Shown: positions 24,444 to 34,309 of the stretch, in pieces
Layout of the letters: each line of letters opens with the position of its first letter
Position numbering within the stretch: position 1 is the first letter of the stretch
Origin: Betaproteobacteria bacterium Ga0077523
Lineage (GTDB): Bacteria > Pseudomonadota > Gammaproteobacteria > Burkholderiales > Ga0077523
Length of the DNA stretch: 64,000 nt
Direction of reading: 5' to 3'
Assembly: GCA_001464695.1 (NCBI GenBank)
Contig: LNDQ01000108.1
Coordinates: forward strand, 148,090 to 212,089
Translations under genes and position numbers: made by a program
The notes under the pieces: model-generated
What the model was told of the DNA's origin: nothing
Database searches by the model: none
What the model saw: only the letters and a program-made list of their open reading frames with translations

Positions 24444-27227
24444 TCAGCTATCGACCTCCCGCCGGGGTACCAAGCGTCCCAGCTGTTCCAGGATCAGCAT
24501 GGTCACGCCCACCACCACGAGGTAGACGCCGAGATCGAACAACGCGGCTGTCGCGAGATGCAGTTCGCCGATGATCGGTGGATGCACGTGTCCATGCGCG
24601 CTGGTGAGGAAGGGCCGTCCGAACAGCCAGGCGCCGAGCCCGGTCGCAGCCGCGATCGCCAGACCTGCCACCATCAGGCCCGGGAAATCGAGCGGCAACT
24701 GCCGCCGGCTCCACGCCGCTCCGTTGCCCACGTACAGCACTGCCAGGATGGCCCCGGTGATGAGCCCGGCCACGAATCCGCCGCCCGGCAGATTGTGCCC
24801 ACGCAGGAACAGGTACGCACTGAGCAGCAGCGCCAGCGGGAGCAGCGCGCGTGCGAGCAGTGCCAGCATGGCAGGGCGGAACGCCGGTGCTTCGCCGGAT
24901 TCCCGCTCGCTCGGTGCCCCCGCCAGAAGCGCGACGATACCAAGCGCGGCGACCACCAGCACGGTGATCTCGCCGTAGGTATCGAAACCGCGAAAGTCCA
25001 CCAGGATCACGTTGACGACATTGGTACCCCCGCCACCCGGCACGCTGCGCGCGACGTGCTCGGACGACACCGAGGATCCTGCGCTCGTCATCATCCACCA
25101 CGCGGCACCGCCCAGCCCGAGACCGCACGCGGCCGCAATGACACCGTCGCGTGCGCGCCGCAGCCGCGACGATTCGATCGGTGTCGTGGCCGGCAGAAAC
25201 GGCAGAGCGAGGAGCATCAGCAGGATCGTCGCTACCTCGACCGTGAGCTGCGTGAGCGCCAGATCCGGTGCCGAGAACCAGGCGAACGCCGCCGCCACCA
25301 TGAGTCCCACGGCCCCGACGAGAATCAGCGCGGTCAAGCGCTGCCGGTGCATGGCGATGGTGGCGCCAAGCGCGATCACCAGCACGAGCCAACCGATCAC
25401 CGCGATCGCGTCGAGCGGCGTGTAGCGATCGAGCACCCGCTCGGGGATACCGCCTGCGAATGGCCACCAGCCCACGGCCAGCATCACCGCCACCAACACG
25501 GCTACCTGTCGCTGCAGGCTGCCGTTCGCGGTGAAATGGGTGAACCGCCGCGCGAACTTCGTGAGCGACACGATCACGATCTGGTAGAGGCGCGCGCCGG
25601 TCCACGGGCTGCGCCCCTCGAAAGCATGCAGGTTGTAGAGGCGCTGGGCGCCGAAATACAGCACGAGTCCCAGCACGGTGGCGATGAGACTCATGGCGAG
25701 CGGCAGGTTGAATCCGTGCCAGATCGCCAGGCTGTATTCGGGCAGGGTGCCGCCGACCACGCTGGCCCCCGCCACCGCGAGGATCGGCCCCACCGTCAGG
25801 TTCGGCGCCATGCCGACCAGCAGGCACAGCGCCACGAGGACTTCCACGGGAATACGCATCCACCTCGGCGGTTCGTGCGGCACGCGTTCGCTCGCATCCC
25901 ATTCACCGTTGAAGAACACGTCGTGGATGAAGCGCGTGGAGTAGGCCACGCTGAAGACACCGGCGAAAGTTGCGACCGCCGGCACGATCCAGGACAACGC
26001 CCCGACATCCCGCAACGTCAACGTTTCCGCGAAGAACATCTCTTTCGAGAGAAAGCCATTCAGCAGCGGCACGCCGGCCATGGCCGCTGCAGCGACCGTC
26101 GCGAGCACGGCCGTGTACGGGAGGTAGCGCCACAACCCCGCCAGCTTGCGCATGTCGCGCGTGCCGGTCTCGTGGTCGATGATGCCGGCGGCCATGAACA
26201 GCGATGCCTTGAAGGTCGCATGGTTGATGATGTGGAAGACCGCGGCCACGGCCGCGAGCTTGGTGTTCATGCCGAGCAGCAGCACGATCAGTCCAAGGTG
26301 GCTGATGGTCGAATAGGCGAGCAGGCCCTTGAGATCATGGCGGAACAATGCGGTGTAGGCACCGAACACCAGGGTGACGAGCCCGGAACCGGCCACGAGG
26401 TAGAACCACAGCTCGGTGCCCGACAGTGCCGGCCACAATCGCGCGAGCAGGAAGATGCCGGCCTTTACCATCGTGGCCGAGTGCAGGTAGGCCGAGACCG
26501 GCGTCGGCGCCGCCATGGCATTGGGTAACCAGAACTGGAAAGGAAACTGCGCCGACTTGGTGAAGGCACCGACGAGGATCAGCACCAGCGCCACGGCGTA
26601 GTGCGGATGCGCGCGAATGGTGTCCCCGCGGCGCACCAGTTCCGAGATCTCGAAGGTGCCGGCCATGTCGCCTAGCAACAGGGCGCCGCCGAGCAAGGCG
26701 AGCCCGCCCATTCCGGTCACCGCCAGTGCCATGCGTGCGCCCTGGCGCGCATCGGGTCGATGGCTCCAGTAGCCGATCAGCAGGAACGACGTGAGACTGG
26801 TGAGCTCCCAGAACACCAGGGTGAGCAGCAGGTTGTCGGACAGTGCGATTCCGATCATGGCACCCATGAAAGCCAGCAGCAGTGCCAGCAGGCGGGCGAG
26901 CGGATCTTCCGCCGCCAGGTAGTAGCGCGCGTACAGGATCACCAGCAGGCCGATGACGAAGATCAGCCCGCAGAACAGCAGTGCGAGGCCATCGAGCCGG
27001 AACGAAAGGTGCAGCCCCAGCGTCTCGATCCAGGGAACGCTCACGCGCCAGGCCCCGCCGTCGAACACCTGGGAACCGAGGAGCCAGAGCAGCACCAGGC
27101 CTGCGATGGGCACCAGCGCGGCGGCCCAGCCGATCATGGTCCGGCCACGGGCATGCAACAGGGCCGGCAGCGCCGCGCCCACGAACGGCAGGGCCACGAG
27201 CGCGTAGAGCAGCGCGGACTGCGTCAT
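24444..27227 (-). CDS. mnhA: monovalent cation/H+ antiporter fused subunit A/B (NuoL-like plus MnhB domain)
   Basis: 927 aa. The N-terminal part is NuoL/MrpA-like (WELTSLTSFLLIGYW, AMAAPTPVSAYLHSATMVKAG). The C-terminal MnhB-like part makes this a group-2 (six-gene) Mrp/Pha layout. Confidence 0.9.
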   Translation of the reverse strand: MTQSALLYALVALPFVGAALPALLHARGRTMIGWAAALVPIAGLVLLWLLGSQVFDGGAWRVSVPWIETLGLHLSFRLDGLALLFCGLIFVIGLLVILYARYYLAAEDPLARLLALLLAFMGAMIGIALSDNLLLTLVFWELTSLTSFLLIGYWSHRPDARQGARMALAVTGMGGLALLGGALLLGDMAGTFEISELVRRGDTIRAHPHYAVALVLILVGAFTKSAQFPFQFWLPNAMAAPTPVSAYLHSATMVKAGIFLLARLWPALSGTELWFYLVAGSGLVTLVFGAYTALFRHDLKGLLAYSTISHLGLIVLLLGMNTKLAAVAAVFHIINHATFKASLFMAAGIIDHETGTRDMRKLAGLWRYLPYTAVLATVAAAAMAGVPLLNGFLSKEMFFAETLTLRDVGALSWIVPAVATFAGVFSVAYSTRFIHDVFFNGEWDASERVPHEPPRWMRIPVEVLVALCLLVGMAPNLTVGPILAVAGASVVGGTLPEYSLAIWHGFNLPLAMSLIATVLGLVLYFGAQRLYNLHAFEGRSPWTGARLYQIVIVSLTKFARRFTHFTANGSLQRQVAVLVAVMLAVGWWPFAGGIPERVLDRYTPLDAIAVIGWLVLVIALGATIAMHRQRLTALILVGAVGLMVAAAFAWFSAPDLALTQLTVEVATILLMLLALPFLPATTPIESSRLRRARDGVIAAACGLGLGGAAWWMMTSAGSSVSSEHVARSVPGGGGTNVVNVILVDFRGFDTYGEITVLVVAALGIVALLAGAPSERESGEAPAFRPAMLALLARALLPLALLLSAYLFLRGHNLPGGGFVAGLITGAILAVLYVGNGAAWSRRQLPLDFPGLMVAGLAIAAATGLGAWLFGRPFLTSAHGHVHPPIIGELHLATAALFDLGVYLVVVGVTMLILEQLGRLVPRREVDS

Positions 27228-27482
27228 CGATGCGTCGTTCCGCCGGGCAACTTCATGGCGGCGCCGGGCGGGGGCGGCGGTAAGGTCATCGAAGGGTCCA
27301 GATTCGGGCGGATATGGTGCGTCCGCCGGTCCGGATGCCCGACAGCCGCGCCGGTGGATGGTAAGCGATCGGTGCGCTCGCAGGAGCCCGACCGCCCGAC
27401 CATCCGAAGGTTCCGGTGGCAGGCCCGACTATTGCAAATCTCGCCTGCCATGCGATCCCGAACGCTTTCCGGAGCCCGCACC

Positions 27483-27926
27483 ATGAAAAAACTCGCCGCC
27501 TTGATCCCGGCCGCGGCAATCCTTGCCGCCTGCGGGAGCGAACCGCTCATCCCCGACGAGAGCGTGATGATCTCGCCGGGCTTCCATCCGCCGCTCGAGG
27601 CGGTCGTCGGTGTCGTCATTGTCGGCGTGGTCGCCTACTACGTCATCGACCCGCTCGCCCCCAACTGGGAAGTGAAGATCAACCAGCTCGACGAGACGCG
27701 GGTGGCGATCGACCTGCGCAAGAAGCGCTTCTCCACCGGCGGCGACGGCGAGGCCCGCGAGATCTTCCGGCGACGCGCCCAGGAGATCGTCGACGACAAC
27801 GGTTTCACCGGCTACGCGATCCTCCAGTACAGCGAGAGCATCGACTCGGAAACCGCCTTCGCCCGGCGAGTTGCGCGCGGCGTCATCGTGGTGCAGAAGC
27901 CACCGCCCGCGACACCGGCAGGCTGA
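27483..27926 (+). CDS. lipoprotein, unknown function
   Basis: Lipobox in MKKLAALIPAAAILAAC, one further hydrophobic helix, then a soluble domain. Confidence 0.6.
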   Translation: MKKLAALIPAAAILAACGSEPLIPDESVMISPGFHPPLEAVVGVVIVGVVAYYVIDPLAPNWEVKINQLDETRVAIDLRKKRFSTGGDGEAREIFRRRAQEIVDDNGFTGYAILQYSESIDSETAFARRVARGVIVVQKPPPATPAG

Positions 27927-27955
27927 CCACTTCGGTCAGTGCCTTGCGGATCGCG

Positions 27956-28411
27956 CTAGCGACCTGCCCTGCCCGCCTGCAGGCGCGCTTTCACGCGCGC
28001 CCGGCCGACATCATCGCGCAGCATCAGGACCAGCAGGGCGATCAGGCTCGCGTGGAACAGGAATGCCGCCACGCCGATGAACGTGAGCTGCCAGACCAGG
28101 GCCGACGCGAAACTCATGACGCCGACAGCCGCAGCATAGGACACGACCAGCGGCCGGAACGTGAGCCACCGCAAACGCCACGACAGGAGTGCGAGAACGG
28201 CCAGCAGGATGATCGACTTGACGATCGCCATTCCGCGCAACAACCGGATCAGTTCGAGGTCGGACGCGTAGCGTCCGGCCGGATCGCCCAGCACGAACCC
28301 GACGGCCGCAGCGACGATGCACACGGCGATCAGCATCGCGCGCAACCGCGCCGTGCGCGAAGGTGACCACAGGCGGGTCTCGAGAGTCGATTCGAAGGTC
28401 GTGGGATTCAT
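27956..28411 (-). CDS. membrane protein, unknown function
   Basis: 151 aa with 4 predicted TM helices. No motif recognised. Confidence 0.55.
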   Translation of the reverse strand: MNPTTFESTLETRLWSPSRTARLRAMLIAVCIVAAAVGFVLGDPAGRYASDLELIRLLRGMAIVKSIILLAVLALLSWRLRWLTFRPLVVSYAAAVGVMSFASALVWQLTFIGVAAFLFHASLIALLVLMLRDDVGRARVKARLQAGRAGR

Positions 28412-28474
28412 GGGACACCTGCCGCGTCGTGTTCGGATCAGGAGTCTACGCCCAACCGCCGCCCGTCCATACCA

Positions 28475-29851
28475 TCACGATGACCGCTCCCCGCGCGCCA
28501 GCATGCCCTTGAATCCCATGCGCGCCTCGCACCACGCAGCCACCGCGAGCAAGTGGTTCGATTCCCCGGCGCGGCCCACGATCTGCAGACCGAGCGGCAA
28601 TCCTCGCGGTCCGAATCCGGTGGGAATGGTGATGGCAGGCACACCGCAAAGACTCCAGAGCGTGCAGAACGCCGGATCGCCGGTGGACTCAAGGGTGGGC
28701 GCCTCGCCCGTGGTCGGCGGCGTGATGATCGCCTCGCAGCGATCGTCGAGAAATTTTCCCAACATTTCGGTGAGTTCCTCCCGCAACCCGAGCGCGCGAC
28801 GATAGTCTTCGTCCGCAATGCCGTCGCCCTCGTCGAGCGCGTCGCGCAACAAGGGGGTGATCTGGGCACCGTGGTGCCTGCGCACCGCCCGCGATGCCCG
28901 TGCGGCTTCGTACAGCATGATCACGCGATGGGTTCGATACCCGTCGTCGAAAGCGTGAGGCAGTTCACGTTCCGTCACCGTGGCTCCGCCCGCACGCAAC
29001 GCAGCGATGTCCGCCACGAAGCGGGCGCGCATCGGCTCTTCCGCCTTGTGCCAGACCGGCGAGCCGAGCGCGATCACGCTCGGCGCAGTCCGCAGCGCCG
29101 CGATGCGCCGGCTGATCACGCCATCGGAGTGGGTCAACCACGACGCGAGCAAACCGGCATCGGCCACGCTGCGGGCAAAGACGCCTGGTTGATCGAGTGT
29201 GGTCGAGAACGGCAACATGCCCGCGGTCGAGATGCGACCCTTGCCGGGCTTGTACCCGACCACGCCGCAATAGGCCGCCGGCCGGATCACCGACCCGTTG
29301 GTCTGCGTGCCGATTGCACCCGGCACCATGCCGCACGCCACGGCAGCGGCCGATCCGCTCGAGGAACCGCCCGGCGAGTGCGCGAGGTTCCACGGATTGC
29401 GGGTCCGGCTCGGCACCGTGAAAGCGAACTCGGTCGCCACGGTCTTGCCCAGCATGAATGCGCCCGACGCCGCCAGGCGATCGAGCAGCGGCGCCGAGCG
29501 CTGAGGCACGTAGTCGCGATAAATCGCAGAGCCCATGCGGGTCGGGATGCCCGCCGTCTCGATGATGTCCTTCACACCGACCGGAATGCCGGCGAGCGAG
29601 CCTCGTTCCGTGAGCGGCAGCACATCGGCCGCATTCGCACTGCCGCCGGCGCGCGCGGCGAGGCGACGTTCGTCCGCCTTGCGTGCCAGTCGCAAGGCGC
29701 GCGTGTCGTCGATCCATTCCCACGCCTCGACCTGCGGTTCGAGTGCGGCGATGCGCCGGATGCAACTCGCCGTGAGCGCTTCGCTGGTGAACTCGCCGCG
29801 CGCCAGGCGCTCGGATGCGTCGCGCAGGCCGAGCGTGAACAATGCCTTCAT
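28475..29851 (-). CDS. amidase (amidase-signature family)
   Basis: GGSSSGSAAAV amidase-signature motif, plus GIPVGVKD and GTQTNGSVIRPAAYCG. Start MKALFTL preceded by GGGGGAGA. Confidence 0.9.
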   Translation of the reverse strand: MKALFTLGLRDASERLARGEFTSEALTASCIRRIAALEPQVEAWEWIDDTRALRLARKADERRLAARAGGSANAADVLPLTERGSLAGIPVGVKDIIETAGIPTRMGSAIYRDYVPQRSAPLLDRLAASGAFMLGKTVATEFAFTVPSRTRNPWNLAHSPGGSSSGSAAAVACGMVPGAIGTQTNGSVIRPAAYCGVVGYKPGKGRISTAGMLPFSTTLDQPGVFARSVADAGLLASWLTHSDGVISRRIAALRTAPSVIALGSPVWHKAEEPMRARFVADIAALRAGGATVTERELPHAFDDGYRTHRVIMLYEAARASRAVRRHHGAQITPLLRDALDEGDGIADEDYRRALGLREELTEMLGKFLDDRCEAIITPPTTGEAPTLESTGDPAFCTLWSLCGVPAITIPTGFGPRGLPLGLQIVGRAGESNHLLAVAAWCEARMGFKGMLARGERSS

Positions 29852-29889
29852 GCGTCTCCCCCCTTGCTCCCGCTGGTTCGCGGGGCCCT

Positions 29890-30870
29890 TCAACGCTTGC
29901 GCTGCACCTCCGGATTGAGCAGGTTCGGCGGCTCGCCGCCGGTCAGCGCCGCGATGCAGTTGCGTGCGGCCGTCGCCGCCATCGCCTTGCGCGTCGGTTC
30001 AGAAGCGGACGCGAGATGCGGCGACAGCACCACGTTCTTGAGCGGCAGGAACCCGGGGTTCAGTGCCGGTTCGTTCTCGTACACGTCGAGTCCGGCCGCC
30101 AGGATGCGCTTCGCCTTCAGCGCCTCGATGAGTGCCGCATCATCGACGATGCCGCCGCGCGCCACGTTGATGAGTACCGCACTCGGCTTCATGAGCGCGA
30201 TCTCGGCAGCGCCGATGGTGTGGTGGCTCTCGGCGCTGTAAGGCGTGAGCAGCACCACGATGTCAGCCTCGCGCAGCAGATCGTGCTTGCCTCGGTAGTG
30301 CGCGCCGAGCTGTGCTTCCTCCGCCGGCTTCAGTCGCGTGCGGTTGTGATAGAGGATCTTCATGTCGAAGCCGCTCGCGCGTCGGGCGACGGTCTGCCCG
30401 ATACGCCCGAAACCGAGGATGCCCAGCGTCGCGCCGTGCACGTCGACCCCCAGCATCTGCTTCAGGTGCGAGCCTTTCCACTCGCCGGCGCGCAGGAAGT
30501 GCTCGCCCTCGGTGAGGCGGCGGCAGGTCGCGATGATCAGTCCGAAGGTGTAGTCGGCCACCGAATTGGTGAGCACGTCAGGCGTGTTGGTCGCCATGAC
30601 GCCGTGCGCGGTCAACGCCGGCAGGTCGAGGTTGTTGTAGCCGACACCGACGTTGGCGACTACCTTGAGCCGCGGGCACCGGTCGAGCAGCGCGCCGTCG
30701 ATGCGATCGGAGGTGGAAACGAGGGCGCCGTCCTTGTCGGCCAATGCGGCCGCCAGTTGCTCCGGGGTGTGCTTCAAGTCGGCCTGGTTGGATTCGACCT
30801 CGAAATGCTCAGCGAGCATTTCGAGCGTTTCGTCGAACACTTCGCGGCTCACGAGTACGCGTGGTTTCAT
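29890..30870 (-). CDS. D-isomer-specific 2-hydroxyacid dehydrogenase (glyoxylate/hydroxypyruvate reductase-like)
   Basis: GILGFGRIGQTVARR NAD-binding motif, plus LINVARGGIVD and SPHLASAS. The 666-aa track ORF is an artefactual extension. Confidence 0.9.
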   Translation of the reverse strand: MKPRVLVSREVFDETLEMLAEHFEVESNQADLKHTPEQLAAALADKDGALVSTSDRIDGALLDRCPRLKVVANVGVGYNNLDLPALTAHGVMATNTPDVLTNSVADYTFGLIIATCRRLTEGEHFLRAGEWKGSHLKQMLGVDVHGATLGILGFGRIGQTVARRASGFDMKILYHNRTRLKPAEEAQLGAHYRGKHDLLREADIVVLLTPYSAESHHTIGAAEIALMKPSAVLINVARGGIVDDAALIEALKAKRILAAGLDVYENEPALNPGFLPLKNVVLSPHLASASEPTRKAMAATAARNCIAALTGGEPPNLLNPEVQRKR

Positions 30871-30884
30871 GTCGGCAGTCGGTT

Positions 30885-32324
30885 CTACTTGTACAGTGCG
30901 GTCGGAAGCCAGAGACCGATCGCCGGGAACAGCGCGAGCAGGAACAGCGCGAATAGCTGGATCAGCATGAAGGGCACCATGCCCATGAAGATCTGCGCGA
31001 GAGTCACATGCGGCGGAGCCACGCCCTTGAGGTAGTAGGCGGCCATGGCCATCGGCGGAGTCAGAAAGGCGCTTTGCAGGTTGAGCGCGGTCAGCAGGCC
31101 GAAGAACAGCGGGTCGATGCCGAAGTGCGTGAGCATCGGCAGGAAGATGGGCACGAAGATGATGATGATCACGGTCCAGTCGAGCGGCCAGCCGAGCAGG
31201 AAGATGAGCAGCTGCGACAGGAACAGGAAGCCCGCCGGCGACAGGTCGAGCGCATACACCCAGCCCTCGAGGATGTGCTGCCCGCCCAGGACCGCGAAGG
31301 TGGACGAGAACACCCACGAACCCACCAGCAGCCAGCACACCATCGCGGTGGTACGGCTGGTGAGGAAGACCGCGTCGGTGAGCCGCTCCCACGTGAGGCG
31401 CCGGTACCCGATCGCGAGAATGATGGCGCCGATCGCACCGAGCGCTGCGGCTTCGCTCGCCGTGGCCCAACCGGCGGTAATGCTGCCGAGTACGGCCAGG
31501 ATGAGCAGCGCGATCGGCACGAACGAGGTGACCAGCATGCGCGCGATCACCCGGCGCGGTACGTTGCGCTCCTCCATCGGCAGCGGCGGCGCCATCTTCG
31601 GATTGAGCTTCGCGCGCAGCATCACGTAACCGATATACAGCATCGACAGCATGATCCCCGGGATCAGCGCACCGGCATACAACTGCACGACAGAGACGCC
31701 GGCGGTGGCCCCGTAGAGAATCAGCATCACGCTCGGCGGAATGAGGATGCCGAGGCAGCCGCCGGCGGCGATGGCGCCAGTGGCGAGCTTCACGTCGTAG
31801 CCGGCCTTCAGCATCGGCTGCAGGACCAGCAGCCCCATGAGGGTGACCACGGCACCGACGATGCCGGTGGCCGCCGCGAACACCGCACACGTGGCGATGG
31901 TCGCCACGGCGAGCGCGGCCGGCACCCTCGCCATCGACAGCTCGAGACTCTTGAACAGGCGGTCGATGATGCCCGACCGCTCGACGATGTAGCCCATGAA
32001 GATGAACAGCGGCACCGAGATGATGATGTCGTTGGTCATCACCCCGTAGGTGCGCAGCACCATCTGGTCGAACACCGGGTTGTCCGCGAACGGCATGCCC
32101 GGGCGCCAGAATGCGTAGACGCCGAACAGGATGCCGAGTCCCATCAGGGTGAACGCGATGGGAAACCCGAGCAGGATCGCCGCGATGATGAGACCCAGCA
32201 TCACCATGCCCATGTGGGCGTTGGTGATCTGCCCGGGCGGCGGCAGGAACAGGACGTATGCGAGGACGATCAGCCCGAGGAAGCCGAAGCCGATGGTGCG
32301 GGTGTCTAGACGCAGCATCCTCAT
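30885..32324 (-). CDS. dctM: TRAP transporter large permease
   Basis: 479 aa, polytopic. ATGA overlap with the upstream small permease. Typical DctM-family sequence. Confidence 0.85.
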   Translation of the reverse strand: MRMLRLDTRTIGFGFLGLIVLAYVLFLPPPGQITNAHMGMVMLGLIIAAILLGFPIAFTLMGLGILFGVYAFWRPGMPFADNPVFDQMVLRTYGVMTNDIIISVPLFIFMGYIVERSGIIDRLFKSLELSMARVPAALAVATIATCAVFAAATGIVGAVVTLMGLLVLQPMLKAGYDVKLATGAIAAGGCLGILIPPSVMLILYGATAGVSVVQLYAGALIPGIMLSMLYIGYVMLRAKLNPKMAPPLPMEERNVPRRVIARMLVTSFVPIALLILAVLGSITAGWATASEAAALGAIGAIILAIGYRRLTWERLTDAVFLTSRTTAMVCWLLVGSWVFSSTFAVLGGQHILEGWVYALDLSPAGFLFLSQLLIFLLGWPLDWTVIIIIFVPIFLPMLTHFGIDPLFFGLLTALNLQSAFLTPPMAMAAYYLKGVAPPHVTLAQIFMGMVPFMLIQLFALFLLALFPAIGLWLPTALYK

Positions 32325-32908
32325 CGCGCCGCTCCCTTCACTTCGGCCGCCTGGACGATGGCCTTCAGCTGCTCGACGTCGGCTTCCTCCACGTCTTGCA
32401 GGCGGTCCGGCCAGCGGCCGGTGCGGATGCACAGCACGCAGCGGATCATCTCGGCCAGCGCTTGCAGCAGCAGGAAGGCGCCGGCGATCGGGATGATCGT
32501 CTTGAACGGGTAGACCGGCAGCCCGCTTCCGGTGACGCTGGATGCCTCGTGCAGCGCCCACGACTTGCCCGCGAACTCCCAGCCGGCATACACCAGCGCA
32601 GCGATGCCGGGGATGAAGAACACGACGTAGAGCACGAGGTCCATCCACGCCTGTATCCGCGGCGACAATGTGCGGTACAGCAGGTCACCGCGGACGTGAC
32701 CGTTACGCGACAACGTATAGGCGCCACCCATCATGAACAGCGTGCCGAACAGCATGAACGCCACATCGAAAGCCCAATTGGTCGGCGCCCCGAGCTTGCG
32801 CACGATGACCTCGTAGCCCACGACCGCGGTGAGCAGCACGATGGTCCAGGCGAAGGCCTTGCCGGACCAGGCACTGATGCGGTCGATCGTCAACAGAAAG
32901 GAATTCAC
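32321..32908 (-). CDS. dctQ: TRAP transporter small permease
   Basis: 195 aa with 4 TM helices; position between the P and M subunits. Confidence 0.8.
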   Translation of the reverse strand: MNSFLLTIDRISAWSGKAFAWTIVLLTAVVGYEVIVRKLGAPTNWAFDVAFMLFGTLFMMGGAYTLSRNGHVRGDLLYRTLSPRIQAWMDLVLYVVFFIPGIAALVYAGWEFAGKSWALHEASSVTGSGLPVYPFKTIIPIAGAFLLLQALAEMIRCVLCIRTGRWPDRLQDVEEADVEQLKAIVQAAEVKGAAR

Positions 32909-33009
32909 GCCCCGTTCTCCTCGTTTTGGGTATCGCTGCTGCGGCGCTGCGGCGCACTGGGGTCGCCGCGATCTTCAGCGCGAAGCGCGTTCGGATCGCG
33001 GCGCGACTC

Positions 33010-34203
33010 TCATGCCTTGCCGAAGAAGTGCTCGTAGGCCTGGCGCGGATCGTTCGTGAACTTGACCTGGTAACCCACCGCGCGCTTCATGAACGCGCGC
33101 TGCGAATCGAGCACTTTCGCGAAGAACGGATTGGCCGACGACTTCGCCGCCATCACCCGGTCCCACGCGTTCAACTGGGCCTCGAGCAGGTCCTTCGGCG
33201 TCTCGACGAACCGCACGCCCTGCTTGTCGCGCATCTCCTCCCACGCTTGCGAGTAGGCATCGAGATTGCGCCAGCTCATTTCGGCGGTGGCCGCCTTGGC
33301 TGCGTAGCGGAAGATCTGCTGGTAGGCCGGCGGCATGGCGTCGTGCACGCGCTTGCTGAGCAGCATCTCGAGGCATTCGCTGGGCTGGTGGTAGCTCTTG
33401 ACCATGCAGACCTTCGCGACGTCGGGGAAGCCCAGGGCCTGGTCGCTGGCGGGATTGTTGTACTCCGCCGCGTCGATGACGCCGCGTTCCAGCGCCGGCA
33501 CGATCTCGCCGCCCGGCAGCGCGACCACCGACGCCCCCATCTCGGTGAAGAGGTCGATGGACAGGCCCACCGTCCGGTACTTGACGCCCTTGATCGCGGC
33601 CGCGGACTTCAGTTCCTGCTTGAACCAGCCGAATGGTTGCGTGCCCATGGGGCCCCACAGGATCGGGACCACGTCGAGCTTGAGGACGTCGCGATAGAGT
33701 TCTTCGTAGAGCGCCTTGCCGCCCCCGAACTCCATCCACGCGAGCAGCGTGTTGGCGTCCTGACCCAAGGCCGGGCCGGTGCCGAACAGCGAGAGCGCAT
33801 TGTCCTTGCCGTACCAGAAGGCCGGCACCGCCATGCAGCCGTCGAGAATGCCCTTGTGCACGGCGTCGGCCATGTCGAACGCACCGACCACGGCGCCGGA
33901 AGGCAGCAGCTCGATCTTGATCTGCCCGCCCGAAAGATCGGAGACGGTGCGGATCAGCATCGAGGACAGCTCATAGAACAGATCCTTGTTGGGGAATCCG
34001 GCCTGGAACCGCAGGTTGAGTTGCGGGCCGAGCGCCCCGCCGGCGGCGCCCGATTGCGCCTGCGGCGCGGACCCGTTGCTCCCGACCCCGCACCCGGCCG
34101 TGACGGCAAGTGCCGCGCTGCCGCCCGCAACGGCGGCTCCCCGCAGGAATTTCCTCCGCCCGTTCGCCTTCTCGCCCGCACGCTGATTCCTGGCGTTCTT
34201 CAT
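33010..34203 (-). CDS. dctP: TRAP transporter substrate-binding protein with twin-arginine signal
   Basis: RRKFLRGAAVAGGSAALAV Tat motif, a DctP-family body, and a GGAGGAG RBS. Confidence 0.8.
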   Translation of the reverse strand: MKNARNQRAGEKANGRRKFLRGAAVAGGSAALAVTAGCGVGSNGSAPQAQSGAAGGALGPQLNLRFQAGFPNKDLFYELSSMLIRTVSDLSGGQIKIELLPSGAVVGAFDMADAVHKGILDGCMAVPAFWYGKDNALSLFGTGPALGQDANTLLAWMEFGGGKALYEELYRDVLKLDVVPILWGPMGTQPFGWFKQELKSAAAIKGVKYRTVGLSIDLFTEMGASVVALPGGEIVPALERGVIDAAEYNNPASDQALGFPDVAKVCMVKSYHQPSECLEMLLSKRVHDAMPPAYQQIFRYAAKAATAEMSWRNLDAYSQAWEEMRDKQGVRFVETPKDLLEAQLNAWDRVMAAKSSANPFFAKVLDSQRAFMKRAVGYQVKFTNDPRQAYEHFFGKA

Positions 34204-34309
34204 CGGTACTCCTCCTCGTAGTCGTTATGGTCGGCCGGAAAGCCGCTGCTTTGTCATTCGAACACGCGACGGGTTCCCGCTGGCTCCCGTTGCGTTGCAA
34301 CAGCCGATC

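Noticed and set aside
27228-27482. 255-nt leader upstream of the Mrp operon, considered as a possible riboswitch or leader RNA.
   Set aside because: I could not recognise any known riboswitch consensus or a convincing terminator/antiterminator pair by eye. It would need Rfam/covariance scanning.
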